A stretch of DNA of 64,000 nucleotides, from positions 96,001 through 160,000 of the forward strand of contig CAVWIP010000001.1 in NCBI GenBank assembly GCA_963755125.1, read 5' to 3'. The stretch's first letter is position 1; each line of letters opens with the position of its first letter. Shown piece by piece: positions 55,954 to 64,000 of this stretch. The position numbers were made by a program, and so were the translations under genes. Under the pieces are notes generated by a model. It saw only the letters and a program-made list of their open reading frames with translations, was not told where the DNA came from and did not search any database. The stretch comes from an uncultured delta proteobacterium. Its GTDB lineage: Bacteria; Myxococcota_A; Polyangia; Fen-1088.

Positions 55954-56343
55954 ATGGCCCGTGTAGCAGGCGTCGATCTTCCCCGGAACAAGCGCATGGA
56001 GTACGCGCTGACCTACATCAACGGAATCGGGAGGACCAAGGCGCGCGAGATCCTGAATGCCTCCGGTGTGTCGCTCGACAAGCGCAGTGACACCTTGGAC
56101 GACAACGAGAGTCGCCGCATCCGTGAGGTCATCGAGCAGATGGGACTGAAGATCGAGGGCGATCTGCAGCGTGAGATCTCGATGAACATCAAGCGCCTGA
56201 TGGACCTGGGCTGCTACCGCGGGCTGCGCCATCGACGCAGTCTGCCGGTTCACGGCCAGCGGACCAAGACCAACGCCCGGACCCGCAAGGGACCGCGCAA
56301 GGGGCAGATGATCAAGCGCAAGACAGAGGGCACGGGAGCCTAG
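55954..56343 (+). CDS. rpsM: 30S ribosomal protein S13
   Basis: [34 protein letters not shown]. Confidence 0.98.
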   Translation: MARVAGVDLPRNKRMEYALTYINGIGRTKAREILNASGVSLDKRSDTLDDNESRRIREVIEQMGLKIEGDLQREISMNIKRLMDLGCYRGLRHRRSLPVHGQRTKTNARTRKGPRKGQMIKRKTEGTGA

Positions 56344-56409
56344 ACACGAACCGGCCGGCGTCAGTGGACGTCGGCCGCAACCTGAAAAGAGAGACAAGAC
56401 GGACGAAAA

Positions 56410-56817
56410 ATGGCGACTGAGCAACCAGCAGTAGTCAAAGCAAAGCCCAAGGCCAAGAAGGCCAAGAAGAGCATCCAGAGCGGCATCGCGCACATCACGG
56501 CGTCGTTCAACAACACCATCGTGACCATCACCGATGTGTCCGGCAACGTGGTGTCGTGGTCATCGTCGGGCGTGAAAGGGTTCAAGGGCTCGCGCAAATC
56601 AACGCCCTTCGCGGCCCAGTTGGCCGCCGAGGATGCGGCCCACAAGGCCATGGAGCACGGGATGAAGTCCATCAACGTCTTCATCAAGGGCCCCGGTTCA
56701 GGGCGTGAGTCGGCGCTGCGCGCTCTGGCCGCCACCGGCTTCAAGATCAATCTCATCCGGGATCTGACCCCGGTCCCCCACAACGGGTGCCGCCCCCCCA
56801 AGCGGCGGCGGGTCTGA
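56410..56817 (+). CDS. rpsK: 30S ribosomal protein S11
   Basis: [27 protein letters not shown]. Confidence 0.98.
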   Translation: MATEQPAVVKAKPKAKKAKKSIQSGIAHITASFNNTIVTITDVSGNVVSWSSSGVKGFKGSRKSTPFAAQLAAEDAAHKAMEHGMKSINVFIKGPGSGRESALRALAATGFKINLIRDLTPVPHNGCRPPKRRRV

Positions 56818-56874
56818 TGCGTTTTTTGCCAAGGTTCCACAGTCAAGTGAAAGCACGAGGAAGGTAACTCAGCG

Positions 56875-57504
56875 ATGGCGAAGTATTCCGGTCCGGTTTG
56901 TCGCCTCTGTCGCCGTGAGGACACGAAGCTGTTCCTGAAAGGCGACCGTTGCTATACCGACAAGTGTGGCTACGAGAGGCGCGCCTATGCGCCCGGGCAG
57001 CATGGACAGGCCCGCCGCAGGAAACTGTCCAACTACGGCTCCCAGTTGCGCGAGAAGCAGAAACTGAAGCGCATGTACGGCTTGGCGGAGCGGCAGTTTC
57101 GCGGCTACTATCACAAGGCCACCCGCATGAAGGGCGTGACGGGCGAGAACCTGTTGCAACTGCTCGAGCGCCGTCTTGACAATGTGGTGTACCGACTGGG
57201 CTTCGCCTCGGACCACGCAGAGGCGCGCCAGTTGGTGCGCCATGGCCATTTCGTGGTCAATGGCAAGAAGGTCAATGTGCCTTCGTTCCTTTGCTCCGCC
57301 AACGACAGCGTGGCGGTCAAGGAGACGTCCCGCAAGGTGACACGCATCCTGGAGAACCTGGGAGCTGTCGAGCGCCGGGGCGTGCCCAAGTGGCTGCAAC
57401 TGGACAAGGACAGTTTTCAGGGCAAGCTGGCCACGCTGCCCGCGCGCGAGGACCTGACCATGCCCATCCGCGAGCAGTTCGTCGTAGAACTGTACTCGAA
57501 GTAG
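56875..57504 (+). CDS. rpsD: 30S ribosomal protein S4 (zinc-binding form)
   Basis: [16 protein letters not shown]...[21 protein letters not shown]. Confidence 0.98.
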   Translation: MAKYSGPVCRLCRREDTKLFLKGDRCYTDKCGYERRAYAPGQHGQARRRKLSNYGSQLREKQKLKRMYGLAERQFRGYYHKATRMKGVTGENLLQLLERRLDNVVYRLGFASDHAEARQLVRHGHFVVNGKKVNVPSFLCSANDSVAVKETSRKVTRILENLGAVERRGVPKWLQLDKDSFQGKLATLPAREDLTMPIREQFVVELYSK

Positions 57505-57541
57505 ATCACCCGCCCACCCGGATTTCAGATAGGAGAACAGA

Positions 57542-58588
57542 ATGTCGACCGCGAGTTCACAAACTGTGGCGGCGTCTCAGCCGGCGTTTGTTGCCAAGAA
57601 CTGGCGCGATCTCATCCGCCCGCGCAAGCTGGAAGTGGAGACCGAGTCGCTGACCGATACCTACGGGAAGTTCACCTGTGAGCCATTGGAACGGGGCTTC
57701 GGCACCACCATTGGCAACGGGATCCGTAGGGTGCTGCTGTCGTCTCTGCAGGGCGCAGCCATCACAGCCATCAAGATCGAAGGCGCCGTGCACGAGTTCA
57801 CCTCGTTGCCCGAGGTGGCCGAAGACGTCACCGACATCGTGCTGAATCTGAAAGAGGTCATCATCCGCTCGTTGGATGGCAAGCCGCACACCCTGCGGCT
57901 GGACAAGGACGGTGCGGGCAAGGTGACCGCGCGGGACATCCAGTGTCCCGACGGCATCGAAATCCTCAACCCCGACCGGCTGATCATGACCTGCTCCAAG
58001 GGCGCCAAAGTGCGCATGGAGATCGAGGTCAGCACCGGTCGTGGCTATGTGCCGGCCGAGCGCAACAAGACGCCGACCATGGGTGTGGGGACCGTCCCCA
58101 TCGATTCATTGTTCTCGCCCATCCGCAAGGTGAACTTCGCCGTGACCAACGCGCGCGTGGGTCAGCAGACCGACTACGATCGTCTGACCCTGGAAGTTTG
58201 GACCAACGGCACGGTCAAGCCCGAAGACGCGGTGGCCTTTGCCGCCAAGATCTTCAAGGACCAGCTCACCATCTTCATCAATTTCCAGGAAGGCGCCGAG
58301 CCCGCGCCCGAGGCCACGGTTTCCGAGGAGCAGCAGAAGCTGAACGAGAACCTGTGGAAGTCGGTTGACGACCTGGAGCTGTCGGTGCGTTCGGCCAACT
58401 GCCTGCAGAACGCGAATATCCGCTGCATCGGCGAGTTGGTGCAGAAGACCGAATCGGAGATGCTGAAGACCAAGAACTTCGGGCGCAAGTCGCTCAAGGA
58501 GATCAAGGAAATCTTGGCCAGCATGGGGTTGTCCCTGGGCATGAAACTGGAAGGCTGGCCGGGCGACGGTCCGCCCAAGAAGGCCTGA
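57542..58588 (+). CDS. rpoA: RNA polymerase alpha subunit
   Basis: [35 protein letters not shown]. Confidence 0.98.
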   Translation: MSTASSQTVAASQPAFVAKNWRDLIRPRKLEVETESLTDTYGKFTCEPLERGFGTTIGNGIRRVLLSSLQGAAITAIKIEGAVHEFTSLPEVAEDVTDIVLNLKEVIIRSLDGKPHTLRLDKDGAGKVTARDIQCPDGIEILNPDRLIMTCSKGAKVRMEIEVSTGRGYVPAERNKTPTMGVGTVPIDSLFSPIRKVNFAVTNARVGQQTDYDRLTLEVWTNGTVKPEDAVAFAAKIFKDQLTIFINFQEGAEPAPEATVSEEQQKLNENLWKSVDDLELSVRSANCLQNANIRCIGELVQKTESEMLKTKNFGRKSLKEIKEILASMGLSLGMKLEGWPGDGPPKKA

Positions 58589-58634
58589 ACGACGAAGCCG
58601 CCCCACCGCCAACTCAACGAACTGCTAGGCAAAA

Positions 58635-59273
58635 ATGCGACACAAGAGAGCAGGACTGCACCTTTCTCGGACTCCGGCCCACCGCAAGGCTCTGTTTTCC
58701 AACCTTGTGGCAGCCCTTCTGACGTACGAACGCATCCGGACCACGGAAGCCAAGGCCAAGGAGGTGCGTCGGCTCGCGGAGCGGGCCATCACATGGGCGC
58801 GCCGGCTGGGCCCGGTGCTGACCAAGAAGCCAGAGAAGCGCACGGACGAGGAGAAGGCGCGTGTGGTGCATGCGATGCGCATGGCCTTGCGGGCGGTGCG
58901 CGACCGGGAGGCCGTGCTCAAGCTGTTCGAGGAGATTGGACCGCGCTACCTCACCCGACACGGGGGCTACACCCGAATCATGAAGTTGGGGCAGCGTCCG
59001 GGGGACGCGGCCCACATGTCGCTGCTGGAGCTTATCCCGGCGGAGGGCTCGGTTGAGAAGGCTGAACCCAAGCACGACAAGGGCAAGGCCAAGCCGACGC
59101 CGGCCGAGAAGGGCGGCAAGGCCAAGGAAGAGGCTGGTCGGCCCAAGAAGGCCGCAGCCAAGCCCGCGCCGCCCAGGGGCGGTGTGAAGAAGGAGTCGGT
59201 GGCTCGCTCTGCCAAACCGTCGGGCGCCACAGTCCGGCGGGCGCCTCGAGGCAGGAAGGGCGGGGGCGAGTAG
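58635..59273 (+). CDS. rplQ: 50S ribosomal protein L17 with internal insertion and basic C-terminal extension
   Basis: MRH, HRKAL..NL, I.TT..KAKE, R.GGYTRI.K...R.GD.A. Confidence 0.95.
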   Translation: MRHKRAGLHLSRTPAHRKALFSNLVAALLTYERIRTTEAKAKEVRRLAERAITWARRLGPVLTKKPEKRTDEEKARVVHAMRMALRAVRDREAVLKLFEEIGPRYLTRHGGYTRIMKLGQRPGDAAHMSLLELIPAEGSVEKAEPKHDKGKAKPTPAEKGGKAKEEAGRPKKAAAKPAPPRGGVKKESVARSAKPSGATVRRAPRGRKGGGE

Positions 59274-59354
59274 CTCTTCCGTCTCAGTTCTTCGATTCAC
59301 CGACTTTCAACTCTGCGGTTGACAGCAGAAGGCGGGTGGCGGTAACAGGGCGGT

Positions 59355-59720
59355 ATGGGTGCGTCAGCGGCTGACCTGCCTGGCCTCGGGAGTTCCTTCG
59401 CGTTGTCGCTTGTATCGCTGGCGCTGGTCTGCCTTCTGGCCTACCTGTCCTTGCGCTGGTTTTCGCGGCGAGGGGCCGGACGCGGCGAAGGCCCAGTTCG
59501 CGTATTGGCTCGCTGCTCGCTCGAACCTCGGCGCGTCGTCTACCTCTTGCAAGTGGCAGGTCGCTGCTTTCTGGTCGGGGTTGGTGATGGCCCTATGTCG
59601 TTGCTGGCCGAGATCGATGCCGCAGCCGTGGAGTGCGAGACTGCCGCCGAGGCGCCTGCCCAGGCTGGCCTGCGCTTCGCCGACGTGCTGTCCCGATTCC
59701 GCGGGAGGCCTAAGTCGTGA
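59355..59720 (+). CDS. fliO: FliO-like export-gate chaperone
   Basis: Single TM followed by VRVLAR.SLEPRR.VYLL.V.GR.FLVGVG; directly upstream of fliP. Confidence 0.8.
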   Translation: MGASAADLPGLGSSFALSLVSLALVCLLAYLSLRWFSRRGAGRGEGPVRVLARCSLEPRRVVYLLQVAGRCFLVGVGDGPMSLLAEIDAAAVECETAAEAPAQAGLRFADVLSRFRGRPKS

Positions 59721-60430
59721 ACCCGATGTTGCTCGGGACCGCGGTTGCGAGCGATGCAGGCCTCGCCTCCCGGCCACTCTTGCTCCTGATCGTGATAGCC
59801 GCCATTTCTCTGCTGCCGTTCGTCCTGTTGCTGATGACCAGCTTTGTGAAGATCGCGGTGGTTCTTTCGGTGCTGAAGAGCGCCCTGGGTACGCCCCAGA
59901 TTCCGCCGTCCCAGGTGGTCACCGGGGTGGCCCTGATCCTTACCCTGTTCGTGATGGCCCCCACGGGCATGCGCATGTTCCAGGCGGCGGAGCCCATGCT
60001 TGGGCAGAGTGCCGGAGCCGATCTGCTGAGCGGGCGGACCGCGGAGGCATTGACCGCTGCCACGGCCAAGGCCAAGGAACCCTTGCGCGATTTTCTGCTC
60101 AAGAACGCCAGCGCCCGGGATCGGGCCGTCTTTCACCGCCTGGCCCTGCGCATGCGCTCGGCCGAGGAACGGGCCGGGATCTCGGAGCGCGACTTCCTGA
60201 TCGTGGTGCCCGCGTTCCTCACTTCTGAACTGCGCCGTGCGTTTGAGATTGGGTTTCTGCTCTTCGTTCCCTTCCTGGTCGTGGACATGGTGATTGCCAA
60301 CCTGCTCTTGGCGCTGGGCATGCACATGCTGTCGCCCACCACTGTGTCGCTGCCCTTCAAGTTGCTGCTCTTCGTGCTGGCTGACGGATGGCAGCTCCTT
60401 CTCCGTGGCCTGGTGGAATCCTATGTTTAG
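59717..60430 (+). CDS. fliP: Type III export gate FliP/SctR
   Basis: MTSFVKI.VV.S....ALG..QIPP, P.F..SEL..AF.IGF...VPFLVVD, GM.ML.P..VSLPFKLLLFV..DGW. Confidence 0.93.
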   Translation: MNPMLLGTAVASDAGLASRPLLLLIVIAAISLLPFVLLLMTSFVKIAVVLSVLKSALGTPQIPPSQVVTGVALILTLFVMAPTGMRMFQAAEPMLGQSAGADLLSGRTAEALTAATAKAKEPLRDFLLKNASARDRAVFHRLALRMRSAEERAGISERDFLIVVPAFLTSELRRAFEIGFLLFVPFLVVDMVIANLLLALGMHMLSPTTVSLPFKLLLFVLADGWQLLLRGLVESYV

Positions 60431-60701
60431 TGTTCTGGGCAGCGAGTTGATCCTGCGGGCGGTGCGCGAGGGCTTGCTGCTCGTGATCCTGGTGTCGGCG
60501 CCGCCACTGCTCGCCAGCCTGGCGGTTGGACTGGTGGTCAGCATCCTGCAGGCGGCGACCCATCTCCACGAAAACACGCTGGCATTCGTGCCCAAGCTGG
60601 TGGCTGTGACGCTGGTCTTGATCGCCATGGGCCCGCTGCTCGGCGCCCAGGTGCTGCGGTTTGCCCAGGCGCTGTTGCTGGCCATACCGACCATCCACTG
60701 A
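60423..60701 (+). CDS. fliQ: Type III export gate FliQ/SctS
   Basis: P.L...L.VGL.VSILQAAT...E.TL.FVPK; ATG 60423 overlaps the fliP stop. Confidence 0.9.
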   Translation: MFSVLGSELILRAVREGLLLVILVSAPPLLASLAVGLVVSILQAATHLHENTLAFVPKLVAVTLVLIAMGPLLGAQVLRFAQALLLAIPTIH

Positions 60702-60709
60702 TTGCTATC

Positions 60710-61498
60710 ATGCCTCTGTTGCCGGACGACCTACAACGAACTCTGGTTGTATTCGCCCTGGGCGGCGCACGCACGGTGCCGTTCGTCTGGCTGATTCCGA
60801 TCTTCGGGGGACCGAGTCTGCCTGCGCGGGTCAGGCTGGCTCTGGGGTTCGGGCTTTCGGTCCTGTGCTTCCCTCTGGTCGCGGGCCGGGTGCCGTCGGG
60901 AGGGCCAGCCCTGTGGGTATTGCTGTCGCTGCGCGAGGCCGGGGTGGGGCTGGTCATGGGTTTCGTGGCAGCTTGTATGTTTCGCGCGGTCGAGGCGGCG
61001 GGACGGCTGACCGACATCCTGCGCGGGGCCAACCTTGCCGAGGCAATCGCACCCGAGCAAGGCAGTCGCAACAGTCCGCTGGGCGACCTGTTGCTGCTTC
61101 TTGCCGTTGTCGTCTTCTTGGAAGCAGATGGCGCAGGTATCCTTGCCACCGCCCTGGCCCGCAGCTACGAGGCGGTGCCGCTGGGGGCGGCTTTGCCGGG
61201 CCCAGCCAGCCTGCACGCGGCGGCGTTCTTGGTCATGGTGGCCTCGGCCAAGTTGATCGAGGCCGCTGTCGGGTTGGCGGCTCCGGCCTTGGTTGCTTTG
61301 CTCATGGCTGACTTGGTTCTGGGCGTCCTGGGTCGGGCCGTCCCGCAGATCCCGCTCTATTTCGTGGGCATGCCGGCCAAGGCTTTGCTCGGCGTGGGCG
61401 CGATGCTGGCAGGGCTGGCCACGTTGGATTCTGCGCTCACCGTCGGGTTCCGCGGCTTCTTGGAATTGCTGGAGAGGGCGGCGCAACTCGGACGCTGA
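60710..61498 (+). CDS. fliR: Type III export gate FliR/SctT
   Basis: R......P.FG....P.RVR, E...G...G......F.A...AG...D, LGR..PQ......PAK. Confidence 0.88.
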   Translation: MPLLPDDLQRTLVVFALGGARTVPFVWLIPIFGGPSLPARVRLALGFGLSVLCFPLVAGRVPSGGPALWVLLSLREAGVGLVMGFVAACMFRAVEAAGRLTDILRGANLAEAIAPEQGSRNSPLGDLLLLLAVVVFLEADGAGILATALARSYEAVPLGAALPGPASLHAAAFLVMVASAKLIEAAVGLAAPALVALLMADLVLGVLGRAVPQIPLYFVGMPAKALLGVGAMLAGLATLDSALTVGFRGFLELLERAAQLGR

Positions 61499-61508
61499 GA
61501 GTAGCCGC

Positions 61509-62537
61509 ATGGCTGAACCCACATCCGCTGCCAAGACCGAGGAGCCGACACAAAAGCGACTGGCCGAGGCGCGCCGTCGAGGCGTGATCGCTTTGAGCCG
61601 CGATTTCCAGTCTGCACTGACGGGCCTCGCCCTCTGCGCTGCCCTGGTGCTTGGTGCTCGGGTCTGGATAGGCGGTCTGGCTGCCTATTTTCGCCTGGCT
61701 TTGGATGATGTTGGCGCTCGCCCCGACCTGACCCGCGCTGGACAAGCAGCCTTGCGTGCGGCTCGGGACGGGCTGATCATGCCCCTCGGGGTCGCGGTGG
61801 CGGCTGCGCTTGCCGCCGGGTTTATGCAGACGCGCGGCCTGGTTTCTGCGTACCCGCTCAGGTTCGATCTCAGACGCGCGCGTCCGACGGCCGGCCGGCC
61901 ATTCGGGGGCGCAGCCGAAGTCTCGAAGAATCTACTCAAGGCCGCGCTGGTGGCCGTGCTGGCGTGGTGGACGCTGGCCTCGGCCACGTCGGACGTGGCG
62001 CACCTGGCAGGCGCGTCAACGGGTACAGCGCTGGAAGTGTTTGGTCGCCTCGGTGCCAGGCTGGGCCTGCGACTGGCGGCAGCCTTGGCAATGTGGGGAG
62101 CAGCCGACTATCTGTGGCAGCGCCACCGGCACGCAAGGTCGCTGCGCATGACCCGCGAGGAGTGGAAGCGCGAGCACAAGGAGAGCGAAGGAGATCCCCT
62201 GCACAAGGCCGAGCGCCAGCGTCTGCATCGCGAGATCCTGGAGCAGCAGATGATCGAAGACGTGCGCCGGGCCAAGCTAGTGTTGGTCGACGGCGACCGT
62301 CTTGCCGTCGCGCTTGGCTACGACCCTGGACAGGCAGGCGCTCCGGTGGTGGTGGCCAAGGGCGAGCGGCTGCTGGCCGCCATGATCCGAGAGGTGGCAC
62401 TGCAGGCCAGGGTACCCGTGCTGGCCAGCGCAGCCCTGGCCCAGGCGCTGCGCGCGGCGGAGGAGGGCGACGAGATTCCCGAGGCGACCTTCGATGCCGT
62501 CGCTCAGTTGCTGGCACGGCCGCTCGGAGAACCGTAG
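61509..62537 (+). CDS. flhB: FlhB/SctU-family switch protein lacking the NPTH motif
   Basis: KTEEPT.KRL..AR..G, four hydrophobic segments, LRMT.EE.KRE.KESEGDP, AP.VVAKG, EIP; NPTH position reads DGDR. Confidence 0.88.
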   Translation: MAEPTSAAKTEEPTQKRLAEARRRGVIALSRDFQSALTGLALCAALVLGARVWIGGLAAYFRLALDDVGARPDLTRAGQAALRAARDGLIMPLGVAVAAALAAGFMQTRGLVSAYPLRFDLRRARPTAGRPFGGAAEVSKNLLKAALVAVLAWWTLASATSDVAHLAGASTGTALEVFGRLGARLGLRLAAALAMWGAADYLWQRHRHARSLRMTREEWKREHKESEGDPLHKAERQRLHREILEQQMIEDVRRAKLVLVDGDRLAVALGYDPGQAGAPVVVAKGERLLAAMIREVALQARVPVLASAALAQALRAAEEGDEIPEATFDAVAQLLARPLGEP

Positions 62538-62752
62538 CTGGTGAGAAACGGGGTGGGCGGCGGGGCCGGAAGCCGAGGGCCGGTGGGCCGGGGCCGGAAA
62601 CGGATCCGTGGTCCGGGGCCGCAGCTCTGGCCCGAAAAGTCGTCCCTTTGTCACTCTGATACGGTACTTTGAAGGGGCATGCACCACGGCCACCCGTTCG
62701 CATCTTCGACTGGTGTTGCCGTGGCGGCTGGGAACAGGTGCAGGAGAAAAAG

Positions 62753-64000
62753 ATGCGCAAAGCGATAGCCATGGTTTTCGCTGGTGGGCGAGGCGAGGAT
62801 CTCTCGGTCCTGACCGAGCGGCGCCCCAAGTCGGCCGTCATCTTTGGCGGCATCTATCGCTGTATCGATTTCGCCCTGACCAACCTGGCCCGTGCCGGGA
62901 TCGGACAGGTGGGAATCCTGGCGCAGTATCGGCCGGCCTCGCTGATGGATCATGTGGGCACCGGCATGGCGTGGGATCTGGTGGGCGCCAGCCGCGGGGT
63001 TCGCTTCCTGCCTCCCTATCTCAAGCTCTCCGTCAGCGAATGGTATCGCGGTCCTGCCGACGCCCTCTATCAGAACCTTGACTTCGTCGAGCGCGCCGAC
63101 GCGTCCGACGTGCTGGTCGTGTCGGCCGACCATGTGTACTCCATGGACTACGGACCCCTGCTCAATTTCCACCACGAACGGGACGCTGATCTGACCATGG
63201 TGTTCGCTCCGCGCGATGCGGATGCCAGCCGTTTCGGCATTGGCGAGTTGAATGCCACCGGTCAGATCATCAACTTCATGGAGAAGCCGGAGTTCCCGCG
63301 CACCGACCTGGCTTCCATGTCGGTCTACCTGTTCAAGAAGGAAGTGCTGGTCGAGGAGTTGCGGCGGGCGGTGAGCGGGGAGGATCAGACGGTGACTTTC
63401 CAGATCCACGAGGTCCTGCGCCGGATGATCTCCCGGCGCCGGGCGTACGGGTTCATTTTTCGGGGCACGTGGTCGTATTCGCGCACGCTGGACGAGTACT
63501 ACGCCTTTCACCAAGAGGTTCTGGGGGCAACCCCGGCGGTGGACATCGCGGCCTGGGACGTTCAGTCCAACCTGATGGCCGGGCGCGCCTCGCCGTCGCC
63601 GCCGGCCCGCTGCTTGCCCGGGGCCTGCATCGTCAACTCGCTGGTGTCGGCGGGCTGTGTGATCGAAGGGACGGTGGAGAACAGTGTGCTGTCTCCCGGC
63701 GTGCGGGTGGGGCCACGCGCGGCGGTCAAGGGCTCGGTGCTGTGGGACGACGTGGTGGTGGAGGCGGATGCGCAGGTGTCAGCCGCGATCGCGGACAAGC
63801 GGGTGGTCTTCTCGCACGGCTGCCAAGTCGGGGTGGGGGAGTCCGTGGCCAGCGAAGAGAGGCCCGCTTCACTCTCCGGCGGGGCCACGGTGTTGGCCAT
63901 GAACGTTCGCCTGCCCGCCGGCGCACGCGTGGGCAAGAACTGCCTGATCCACGTCGAGGCCACCGAGAACGACATCGGGATGCAGGTGCCCTCGGGAAAG
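62753..64000 (+). CDS. Glucose-1-phosphate adenylyltransferase family, GlgD-like (3' truncated; not in ORF track)
   Basis: AGGAG RBS; MRKAIAMVFAGGRGEDLSVLTERRPKSAVIFGGIYRCIDFAL, WYRG.ADA.YQN, SADHVY.MDY, EKP, left-handed beta-helix C-terminus. Confidence 0.85.
   Translation, partial: MRKAIAMVFAGGRGEDLSVLTERRPKSAVIFGGIYRCIDFALTNLARAGIGQVGILAQYRPASLMDHVGTGMAWDLVGASRGVRFLPPYLKLSVSEWYRGPADALYQNLDFVERADASDVLVVSADHVYSMDYGPLLNFHHERDADLTMVFAPRDADASRFGIGELNATGQIINFMEKPEFPRTDLASMSVYLFKKEVLVEELRRAVSGEDQTVTFQIHEVLRRMISRRRAYGFIFRGTWSYSRTLDEYYAFHQEVLGATPAVDIAAWDVQSNLMAGRASPSPPARCLPGACIVNSLVSAGCVIEGTVENSVLSPGVRVGPRAAVKGSVLWDDVVVEADAQVSAAIADKRVVFSHGCQVGVGESVASEERPASLSGGATVLAMNVRLPAGARVGKNCLIHVEATENDIGMQVPSGK

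Noticed and set aside
59355..62537. Calling the cluster evidence of a flagellum
   Set aside because: No structural flagellar genes in the window and the NPTH switch is missing; fli names denote homology only

Overview
GC-rich bacterial chromosome segment, most consistent with Myxococcota (TIGR02266 PilZ-like protein, giant TPR proteins, Ser/Thr kinase, PilT paralogue; taxonomy is inferred). Bases 1-26 kb hold mixed housekeeping and accessory genes: purC 3' end, TPR protein, murJ, tatD, RpiB-PGI fusion, xth, cardiolipin synthase, infA, HtrA protease, KamA radical SAM, tRNA-Val, kinase, acyltransferase, alaS, pilT-like, atypical response regulator, hpt and a TPR lipoprotein. Bases 26.2-59.3 kb are the core translation/transcription supercluster: four tRNAs, tuf, rpmG, tRNA-Trp, secE-nusG-rplKAJL-rpoBC, the str operon with a divergent fusA and a second tuf, then the S10/spc/alpha operons. 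rplC and adk are absent from their usual positions and infA is relocated. Directly after rplQ is a stand-alone five-gene type III export-gate cluster (FliO-FliP-FliQ-FliR-FlhB like) whose FlhB/SctU lacks the NPTH autocleavage motif, followed by a partial GlgC/GlgD-like gene. Most notable: (1) that minimal, apparently non-cleavable export gate; (2) about 110-nt G-U-rich complementary arms enclosing the htrA gene; (3) RpiB fused to an apparently inactive PGI domain; (4) near-identical tuf copies with anomalous purine-ending codons; (5) a structured rpsG-fusA spacer; (6) clean loss of rplC from the S10 operon. All calls come from reading motifs by eye; no searches or folding programs were run.
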